Positions 10,131 through 17,456 of a stretch of 32,000 nt of DNA are shown piece after piece. The stretch lies in the NCBI RefSeq assembly GCF_002214165.1, contig NZ_CP019964.1, positions 210,001 to 242,000 on the forward strand. The letters run 5' to 3'. Source of the DNA: Candidatus Saccharimonadota bacterium. GTDB taxonomy: Archaea; Micrarchaeota; Micrarchaeia; Micrarchaeales; Micrarchaeaceae. Positions within the stretch are counted from its first letter, which is position 1, and every line of letters begins with the position of its first letter. The position numbers and the translations under genes are program-made. Under the pieces are notes generated by a model. That model had not been told where the DNA came from. It was given only the letters and a program-made list of their open reading frames with translations, and did no database searches.

Positions 10131-11396
10131 TCAATTTTTAGACAGCTTTTCATGCAAACCTCTATTTCTCTCAAGGTTTTTCCTTATGGTGCTTTTTATC
10201 GCATCAAGATCAGTTATCCTTGAATTGGACTCCTTGACTGCGGTCTCTGCAACTGCAAAGGCCACATTCTCAAATACACCAACGCTTTCATTTGGGTTGC
10301 CGACTGAAGGAAGTATATATTCCGTGGATAATTTGTCCCCTACTGAATCAGCTAGCGCAACAGCCGCATCATAAAGCATGCTGTATGTTACCTTTTTAGC
10401 CCTCGAATCCAGCAAACCTCTCATTATGCCAGGGAATCCAAGCAAGTTGTTCACTTGGTTTGGCTTATCGCTTCTCCCTGTTGCAACCACGAATGCCCCA
10501 AGCTTCTTTGCTTCATCATAATCTATCTCAGGCATAGGATTGGCCAAGGCGAATATTATTGGCTTTTCATTCATCCCATTTACAATATCAGCGGTGAATA
10601 CATTGGGCTTGGAAAGGCCTATGAGCACATCCGCACCCTTGGCAGCATCTGCCAAGCTTCCTTTATCCTTTTCAGGATTTGTTAGCCTGGCTATCTCTTC
10701 CTTAAACTCATTCATGCCCTCATTTCTTCCATCATATATTATTCCGTGCGTATCTACTACATAGACATTTTTTACTTTGGCCAATGCAAGCAGCCTTACA
10801 ACACCCATCCCAGCGGAGCCCGCTCCATTTACCACTATCTTTACTTTATTCAAATCCTTGCCTGCCAGCTTAAGGGAATTTATAAGGCCTGCAAGTATCA
10901 CCATTGCCGTGCCCTGTTGGTCATCGTGTAGTACAGGTATATCCAATTCCTCTGAAAGCCTATCCACAATCCTGAACGATTTTGGGGATTCTATATCCTC
11001 TATATTTATGCCGCCCAAGGTAGGTGATATCTGCTTTGCAAATTTTATTATTTCCTCCTCATCAGTAGTCCCAATGCACATAGGTATCGCGTCAACCCCC
11101 CCATATCTTTTGAACAGCAACGACTTTCCCTCCATAACAGGAAGTCCCGCTTCCGGTCCTATATTGCCAAGCCCCAATATCCTTGTGCCGTCAGATATTA
11201 CTGCTATCATATTGCCTTTGTTCGTATACTCGTAAGCAAGATCTCTGTTATCTTTTATAGCATTACATACAGTTGCAACTCCGGGGGTATAATGAATTGA
11301 AAGGTCCTGGTTTGATTCAATTTTAACCTTCGGGATTATCTCTATTTTTCCATGCATAATGCTGTGTGCGTCTAATATGTCTTTTTCAGTTGTCAT
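10131..11396 (-). CDS. NAD(P)-dependent malic enzyme (malate dehydrogenase, oxaloacetate-decarboxylating), short prokaryotic form
   Basis: It has HYTPGVA, ISDGTRILGLGNIGP and the Rossmann motif VVNGAGSAGMG. The length is 421 aa. Confidence 0.9.
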   Translation of the reverse strand: MTTEKDILDAHSIMHGKIEIIPKVKIESNQDLSIHYTPGVATVCNAIKDNRDLAYEYTNKGNMIAVISDGTRILGLGNIGPEAGLPVMEGKSLLFKRYGGVDAIPMCIGTTDEEEIIKFAKQISPTLGGINIEDIESPKSFRIVDRLSEELDIPVLHDDQQGTAMVILAGLINSLKLAGKDLNKVKIVVNGAGSAGMGVVRLLALAKVKNVYVVDTHGIIYDGRNEGMNEFKEEIARLTNPEKDKGSLADAAKGADVLIGLSKPNVFTADIVNGMNEKPIIFALANPMPEIDYDEAKKLGAFVVATGRSDKPNQVNNLLGFPGIMRGLLDSRAKKVTYSMLYDAAVALADSVGDKLSTEYILPSVGNPNESVGVFENVAFAVAETAVKESNSRITDLDAIKSTIRKNLERNRGLHEKLSKN

Positions 11397-11623
11397 AGAA
11401 ATCTATATAAATTATGAGTTAAGTATAAAAAGAATGACTTGACAAAAAGTTTATTGACGTAATAAATGTTCGTTGATAGACGCTGAACACGTCTGTTATA
11501 AATGATTATATAATGACGGATATACAGAATTAAGGGTTTTTAGGCATTTATGAAAAGCAATACGTAAATTTAAGTTTTTTTACTCCAAAGTAATATAAGT
11601 TTAAAAAAACAGATGATGAAAAA

Positions 11624-12385
11624 GTGGCTTCATTCTCATTGAAATTGATTGTTTACATAATACTTATCTTAGTAACGATAGTTGTAGGTTCATTAGCAAC
11701 CTATACAGTGGGCAATTATTACCAAGTTTTCAATTTAAAGAAGCTAAGCTACCTGGATGCTGTCTATTTCACGGTAACAACGTTATCAACTGTGGGAAGC
11801 AACATAGTTCCAGATACTAATTTAGGCATGATCTTTGAAACGCTACTTATAATATCAGGTCTGGGTGTATTCTTGGGTGCACTCAGCCTTATAGCTGGTG
11901 AGGTAATGGAAGATAGAATGGACAAACTTACAGGAAGCATAGTGGGTATTCAGAAAAGGTTTTTTAAAAATCACATAGTCCTTATAGGAACGGATTCAGT
12001 AAATCTGGTATTAGCAGAAAACCTGAAGAAATTGAACAAGAACTTTATCATATTAAGTTCCGACAGCAATGAGGTTGACAAGCTTAAGAATCTCGGATAC
12101 AAGGCATTTATGGTAGATGTGACATCAGAAGCGGAGCTCAAGAAATTCACTTTGGAAAAGGCTTTTGAAATAATAATAGACATGTCAAACAGTTCAATGC
12201 TGCTTTATACGTTCTTGGTCGTCAATTCAATATCAAAAGAATCCGACAAGATAATAATAATACATTCACAGGAAGCGGAAAAGCGTTTAGCAGACCTAAA
12301 TCTTCCCGCAAACTGCACGATAATAAACCCTAGCTCATTGGTGGCCGTTAATATAATAAACAGCTTAACAAACAAGCCTGAATGA
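11624..12385 (+). CDS. Two-TM pore-loop cation channel with a C-terminal RCK/TrkA-N-like domain (MthK-like architecture, atypical filter)
   Basis: The order is TM1, pore helix plus TLSTVGSN, TM2, then a Rossmann-like HIVLIGTDSVNLVLAENL....FIILSSD domain. The start is GTG. Confidence 0.75.
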   Translation: MASFSLKLIVYIILILVTIVVGSLATYTVGNYYQVFNLKKLSYLDAVYFTVTTLSTVGSNIVPDTNLGMIFETLLIISGLGVFLGALSLIAGEVMEDRMDKLTGSIVGIQKRFFKNHIVLIGTDSVNLVLAENLKKLNKNFIILSSDSNEVDKLKNLGYKAFMVDVTSEAELKKFTLEKAFEIIIDMSNSSMLLYTFLVVNSISKESDKIIIIHSQEAEKRLADLNLPANCTIINPSSLVAVNIINSLTNKPE

Positions 12386-12858
12386 TAAAATTTATAGTGG
12401 TGCATATGGAAAAAATAACCATAAAATCCTTTAAAAATGGCGAATATATACCAAAAGTCTACAGTTGCGAGGGGAATGACATATCACCCGAGATAACTAT
12501 AGATGAGGCGTCTGAAAGCAAGTACTACATGCTTATAATGAACGACCCTGATGCGCCAATGGGCTTATTTACACATTGGGTTATATACAATATGCAATTA
12601 AAGCAGGGCCAGCTGCATGAGAATATAGAAAAGGCTCCTATAACCAAAGAGGGGTTTTATCAGGGCCATAACGATTTTGGAAAAATTGGCTATGGCGGAC
12701 CATGCCCCCCAAAAGGTGACAAGCCGCACAGGTATAACTTTAACTTATACATGCAGGATAGCAAGATAGATGAAGAAGCAATAACAGTCAAAAAGGCATA
12801 TGATCTAGCCTATAAATTCCTCAAGGTTGCTTCTTATCTTGGGATGTATAAACGCTGA
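12382..12858 (+). CDS. PEBP family protein (YbhB/YbcL, Raf-kinase-inhibitor-like)
   Basis: The motifs DPDAP, HW and GPCPP..DKPHRYNFNLY are present. The start is either ATG 12382 (ATGA overlap with the channel gene stop) or ATG 12406. Confidence 0.85.
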   Translation: MIKFIVVHMEKITIKSFKNGEYIPKVYSCEGNDISPEITIDEASESKYYMLIMNDPDAPMGLFTHWVIYNMQLKQGQLHENIEKAPITKEGFYQGHNDFGKIGYGGPCPPKGDKPHRYNFNLYMQDSKIDEEAITVKKAYDLAYKFLKVASYLGMYKR

Positions 12859-12969
12859 TATACAATAGATTATAGGAAAGCATAAATATTAATAATGGTA
12901 AACAGGATACTGTAATAAGAACTTAGCTGTAATGATGGCTATCTAACTTATTCAAAAATCATATAATCT

Positions 12970-13067
12970 GCAGGGATGGCGGAGCTTGGTCAAACGCGAT
13001 GGACTCAAGATCCATTGGCTTAGGCCTGCGGGAGTTCAAATGTATAGAATAAATCTCCCTCCCTGCA
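12970..13067 (+). tRNA. tRNA-Leu (anticodon CAA), type II with long variable arm, with a 13-nt insertion (putative intron) in the T-loop
   Basis: The acceptor is GCAGGGA/TCCCTGC and the D-arm is GCG-GAGCTTGGTCAAA-CGC. The anticodon arm is ATGGA-CTCAAGA-TCCAT, and the variable arm is 14 nt. The T-stem GGGAG (13030-13034) / CTCCC (13055-13059) encloses 20 nt instead of 7. Confidence 0.8.
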
Positions 13068-13094
13068 TATTGACTTTTATAACGATTAATCAAG

Positions 13095-13802
13095 GTGAAG
13101 CCTATGAAAAAAACGGTCCCTACTGCTGAAAAAAAAATAGTCAAAAAATCCAAACTCTTTGAGATACCTATATACAGCCAATCAGAGGATTTTACAAGTT
13201 CTGCTGCAAGCGTGATGATGGTGCTCAAGTATCTGAACAAGGATTACAAGATGCTTAAGGAAGACGAGTTCTCTATATGGAATGAGACAGTCTATGGAAG
13301 CGTATGGCATGGATCCAGGTACGGTATAGCTTACGCATTGGCGAAGAGAGGTGCCAAGCCATATATAGTGAGCAGCAATATAAAGGACTTAGGATACGAA
13401 AGGAAGATAGCCGTATACGAAGGCATAAACTTGGATGCATTGCAATCAGCATTTGACGAGATCAAAACTAAAATTAAGGATTATGAGGTAAAGGAAGTAA
13501 AGGGAAATGTGACCATAAACACTATAAAAAGGTACATGAGCGACAACCAAATACCTATAGTCCTGGTAAATGCCAACGTTCTCAATTCAACAGTATCTCC
13601 TAATGGCTCTCCGCAATGGGTAGTGATTAAAGGTTATGATGAAGATACATTCTACATAAATGACTCATATTCTGGAATTACCTTGATAATGGAGCCAGAG
13701 ATGCTGACAAAATCTCTTGGTTATGAAGGAGAATACTACATGATATTGGTAAAAGCCAAGAAAATTAGCAGCAAGCCCACAAAAGCATCCAAATCAAAAT
13801 GA
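13095..13802 (+). CDS. Peptidase C39-like domain protein (papain-like fold), possibly non-catalytic
   Basis: IPIYSQSEDFTSSAASVMMVLKYLN resembles the Q....CG.a.laMvl block of C39-like domains. PQWVVIKGYDEDTFYINDS resembles the H.vvv.Gyd....i.DP block. The start is GTG 13095 or ATG 13104. Confidence 0.5.
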   Translation: MKPMKKTVPTAEKKIVKKSKLFEIPIYSQSEDFTSSAASVMMVLKYLNKDYKMLKEDEFSIWNETVYGSVWHGSRYGIAYALAKRGAKPYIVSSNIKDLGYERKIAVYEGINLDALQSAFDEIKTKIKDYEVKEVKGNVTINTIKRYMSDNQIPIVLVNANVLNSTVSPNGSPQWVVIKGYDEDTFYINDSYSGITLIMEPEMLTKSLGYEGEYYMILVKAKKISSKPTKASKSK

Positions 13803-13897
13803 ACGTTTGAAGTGATAGCCTAAAATTTATTTTTTGTATTCCTAATATAAGGACCAAGCATTTTGAGATTTCTTTTTACAATTCCTGTAAAAATAAA

Positions 13898-13989
13898 AGC
13901 CTCAGACGGGGATCGCACCCGCGGCCTCTTGTTTTCACCTTTATTTGATAAATTACGAGACAAGCGCTCTACTACTGAGCTACTGAGGC
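13898..13989 (-). tRNA. tRNA-Thr (anticodon CGU) with a 20-nt canonical intron after position 37
   Basis: On the minus strand the acceptor is GCCTCAG/CTGAGGC and the D-arm is GCTC-AGTAGTA-GAGC. The anticodon stem CTTGT/ACAAG encloses 27 nt (loop CTCGTA..A plus a 20-nt insert at about 13934-13953). The T-arm is GCGGG-TGCGATC-CCCGT and the discriminator is U. Confidence 0.85.
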
Positions 13990-14212
13990 AGACTGGAAAC
14001 AGTATCAATATGTGCAATAAAATATTAAATCTTGTTGCATAAATTCCGTAAGGCTAATTTAATATAATATTTTAAGCAGTAAACTTTTATCCTTGGAATT
14101 CTAAATTCTATAAACTATTGCCCATTTAGAATTGTGCATTTATACGTAACGAAATTATTATAAACAATAAACAATAAATATAGCTGTTATAAAATATAAA
14201 TCAGGTAAACTT

Positions 14213-17200
14213 ATGGAATCTGATACTTCTGAGGATAATATAGAGGATGAAGACAATACTCAGAGTGGAAATGACTATATATCAAAGCTGCAGCAGAATA
14301 GCCAAGAGGCTGAGCAGAACAATAGCCCAGACCAGTCTGACGAACCCTCCTCTAGTAATGACAGTTCCTCTGATAATGATAAGGCCGATGATTCCAGCCC
14401 CCAACCAACTACGGATAATGATGGCAATGAAGCAATAACTGAACCTCCAAAGAAAAAGAAGCCAAAAAACATAAGCAATTTGAATATAGGATTTAAGGGA
14501 AGCAATCAAGAAGCACAGGAGGGAGAAGAAGCCAATCAAGGCAATCGGAAGCCAATACCTGAAATACCAAATCTCGATGCACCTAGCAAGCCCCCCGAAA
14601 ATAATAATGAAGATAACAGCGGAATTAAATGGGATACAAGCGGTTATAACCCACATGCATACGTATCAGGATCAAATGCAAATAACCGGTCAAGTAACAC
14701 CAATTACAATCAGCCGATTAGTTCTGAAGGCAAATCAATAGCAAATAATCAACCAAAAAGAAAGTTCGGGTTTCCAAACAATAAAAAATTGGCTACGGTA
14801 AAGCCAAAAGTATTATTAACAACAGAACAAGCACAGAAGCGCAATAAGAAATTCCTTCTAGTAATGGTAATTATCTTAATAGCAATAATAGCTGTAGTAC
14901 TTGCTTCAACATACCTGCACCACAAAAAGGTAATTGTCCCGCCTCCTCCACCGACGCCAAAATTCCACTACATAAATAGCTGCCAAGATGTAATTAACCC
15001 CGGAGTATACTATCTGGGAGTCAATCTTACCTATTCAGGATCCAGTGGAACCTGTATAACCATAGATACAAATAATGTTGCATTTATATGTAAGGACAAA
15101 GGAATAAGTGGCAAAGGGCCTTACATTGTGACTAGCACATCCACGAATGGAGTTGTCATAAACAAGAAAAGCAATGTATCAATAAGCGGATGCAGCATAA
15201 AAGACTTCTCCTATGGGGTTTCCATCCAAAATTCTTCAGGTGTATCTATAACATTTGATAATATATCCCATAACACAATATCTAATGTTAGGATATCAGG
15301 AGGGGAAAACAATAGTGTTATAAATAACACTTTGTCGGGAGCAGGATTGGATTACGGTTCGCTTTATTTAACAGGCAATACAACAGACAATTTGGTTGAA
15401 TTCAATAAGATAACTAGCAGTGCAAATTATAGCATATATGTAAATTCATCTGGAAATAAATTCTACGAAAACTACATAAACAATACTCCTTACGGGTTTT
15501 ACTGTAATGTAGATTATGGACTTATAAGAAGCAATCTTGCAAAGTCAAATATATGCAATACAAATTTCGGATGTGATTTTGTAAAATGCAGCTTGTTAAA
15601 CATACCGGATAATGTATCAAAGATAACCCTGACACCTTCAATAACAAGTTGCGGTTCAATAACCTCCCCTGGCGATTATTATTTAAAAAATAATATTTCT
15701 GCAGGCTACGCATATTCCAATACAAGCAGTTCTTTGGTCAAAAACATCTCATTGTATTATCCAAAATGCATAACAATTAAATCCCCAAACGTAAATTTGG
15801 ACTGCAATAATTTCACCATTTACAACTCAAGCGAAGGAATATATTATTTAGGGCTGAGCAATGTTTCAATAGAAAACTGCAATTTCAGAAATGTAAACAA
15901 ATCAATAAATGTTTCAATTTCGAATGACTCCAAAATAAGTAACATAAGGATAAACGACAGCAGCATATATGGAGTAGGGGTAGTATCATCGACAAAAGTT
16001 GATTTCTCAAACCTGTCAATATCTAACAGCACAAAAGGGATTAACATATTTGCAGATTCGGAGTACAATTCATTTAATAAAATAGCAGTATCAAATAATT
16101 TCTACGGTATATACCTTAACATATCAAACCTTAATGATTTCAGCAACTTCACAATAAATAAAAATACTTTTGGTGTATTCATCAACGATTCCCTTTACAA
16201 CCAATTCAACAAGGGCACAATATTAAACAGCACTAAGATTGATTTATATGCACAGCCTGGCAGTATAGCGAATAAAACTACAAACCTATTTTATTCAACG
16301 GTCTGTGGTTTGAGCGATACAAAGTGGGGGGTATGCACTTACTATGTATTACCTAATCTCAAATTCTACCCTGTAGATAGCTGCTTGAACGTGACTAGAT
16401 CCGGAACTTATGCACTTGATAAGAATCTTGTAACCTCAAGTTCGGACTGCATTGACATAAAAGTTCCAGATGTAAACCTCTCGTGTGGCGGATATTCTAT
16501 TAGCCAACTGACTCCAGGGTATGGAAGTGCAATATATGACAAGGGAGAGAAAAATGTAACAATAAGTGGATGTGCAGTTTATACTTTCAACAAAGCCTTT
16601 GATTTTGAGGAAACTTCAAACATAAATATCTATAACTCTACGGCATCAGATCAAACACCAATATACTTTTCAGATGTTAATCATTCATATATAATAAACA
16701 ATACATTCGATATATCCGGGAATACCGGTCTGATATTACGCAATGTATCAAAGAGCGTAATTTATACCAATAAAATAACCGGAAACTCAAAAGGCAGCGG
16801 GTTGGTACTTAATAACTCATACCTTAATCTGATATTTAACAATTCAATCTATTCAAACAAGATAGGGTTTGCCTTATACAATAATTCTGTAAAGAATACA
16901 ATATTCAATAATACTGTACAGATAAGTTCTAATTACGACTATTACTGCTCCCCAAATGCCAGCCCTATATACTCCGAGTATAAGGGATTCAATTACGGAC
17001 AGAAGGAAAATGACTGCTACTGGCTTTCTGCATTAAGCCCTACAAGCCCAAGTGCAGAGTGCTATATAGTATCAAATCCAACAACCATAAACCTGGGTGC
17101 AGATTATCTTTATAAATATGGGACAGTTTGCATGAAGATTCGTTCAAACGATGTAACATTCAACTGTGACAATCATACAGTGTCGGCTTTAAATGGAGGC

Positions 17201-17410
17201 ACATTCATAAACGTGTCAAATTCTAAAAACTTCAAATTGGAGAACTGCTATATGCAAGGATTTACAGCCCCTATACAGGTTTATAATTCAAGCGGAGAAT
17301 TGACAAACAATCAGATATTAGTAAAAAGCGCCTATAAATCGGATGCAATAGAAATCTCAAATTCGCCTAATATGTCCAGCCAAAATAACTTGGTTTACAA
17401 TTATTCATAA
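14213..17410 (+). CDS. Membrane-anchored surface protein: acidic low-complexity N-terminal region, one TM helix, poly-Pro linker, then repeated right-handed beta-helix (PbH1/NosD-like) modules rich in N-x-S/T sequons
   Basis: A 1065-aa ORF. The TM helix FLLVMVIILIAIIAVVLASTYL lies at 14852-14917, followed by PPPPPTP. Repeated I/V-x-N-N-x-I/F type beta-helix turns and four Cys-containing module heads follow. Confidence 0.75.
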   Translation: MESDTSEDNIEDEDNTQSGNDYISKLQQNSQEAEQNNSPDQSDEPSSSNDSSSDNDKADDSSPQPTTDNDGNEAITEPPKKKKPKNISNLNIGFKGSNQEAQEGEEANQGNRKPIPEIPNLDAPSKPPENNNEDNSGIKWDTSGYNPHAYVSGSNANNRSSNTNYNQPISSEGKSIANNQPKRKFGFPNNKKLATVKPKVLLTTEQAQKRNKKFLLVMVIILIAIIAVVLASTYLHHKKVIVPPPPPTPKFHYINSCQDVINPGVYYLGVNLTYSGSSGTCITIDTNNVAFICKDKGISGKGPYIVTSTSTNGVVINKKSNVSISGCSIKDFSYGVSIQNSSGVSITFDNISHNTISNVRISGGENNSVINNTLSGAGLDYGSLYLTGNTTDNLVEFNKITSSANYSIYVNSSGNKFYENYINNTPYGFYCNVDYGLIRSNLAKSNICNTNFGCDFVKCSLLNIPDNVSKITLTPSITSCGSITSPGDYYLKNNISAGYAYSNTSSSLVKNISLYYPKCITIKSPNVNLDCNNFTIYNSSEGIYYLGLSNVSIENCNFRNVNKSINVSISNDSKISNIRINDSSIYGVGVVSSTKVDFSNLSISNSTKGINIFADSEYNSFNKIAVSNNFYGIYLNISNLNDFSNFTINKNTFGVFINDSLYNQFNKGTILNSTKIDLYAQPGSIANKTTNLFYSTVCGLSDTKWGVCTYYVLPNLKFYPVDSCLNVTRSGTYALDKNLVTSSSDCIDIKVPDVNLSCGGYSISQLTPGYGSAIYDKGEKNVTISGCAVYTFNKAFDFEETSNINIYNSTASDQTPIYFSDVNHSYIINNTFDISGNTGLILRNVSKSVIYTNKITGNSKGSGLVLNNSYLNLIFNNSIYSNKIGFALYNNSVKNTIFNNTVQISSNYDYYCSPNASPIYSEYKGFNYGQKENDCYWLSALSPTSPSAECYIVSNPTTINLGADYLYKYGTVCMKIRSNDVTFNCDNHTVSALNGGTFINVSNSKNFKLENCYMQGFTAPIQVYNSSGELTNNQILVKSAYKSDAIEISNSPNMSSQNNLVYNYS

Positions 17411-17456
17411 GCAGTAGGTATTTTAAATAGGCCAACTGTCTATTTCAGGTGATTAT

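Noticed and set aside
10051-11235. Plus-strand ORFs 10051-10374, 10455-10685, 10540-10764, 10746-10931 and 10777-11235, opposite the malic enzyme gene.
   Set aside because: They are antisense to a 421-aa ORF with clear malic-enzyme motifs, so they are shadow ORFs.
12959-13240. Minus-strand ORF of 93 aa.
   Set aside because: It spans the tRNA-Leu gene and the 5' end of the C39-like gene on the other strand, so it is not credible as a gene.
13820-14017. Minus-strand ORF of 65 aa.
   Set aside because: It coincides with the tRNA-Thr gene, and the tRNA structure explains the conservation of this segment.
14247-14656. Overlapping ORFs 14247-14438 (plus), 14275-14505 (minus) and 14282-14656 (minus) in the 5' part of the surface protein gene.
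   Set aside because: They arise from the low-complexity GAT/GAA/AAT-rich sequence of the acidic N-terminal region and are embedded in the 1065-aa ORF.
12970-17410. tRNA-flanked low-GC segment (tRNA-Leu, C39-like gene, tRNA-Thr, surface protein) as an integrated mobile element.
   Set aside because: There is no integrase, transposase or recognisable phage/plasmid gene. I did not see a direct repeat of a tRNA 3' end that would mark an attachment site. Only compositional evidence remains, and that is reported as a separate low-interest finding.
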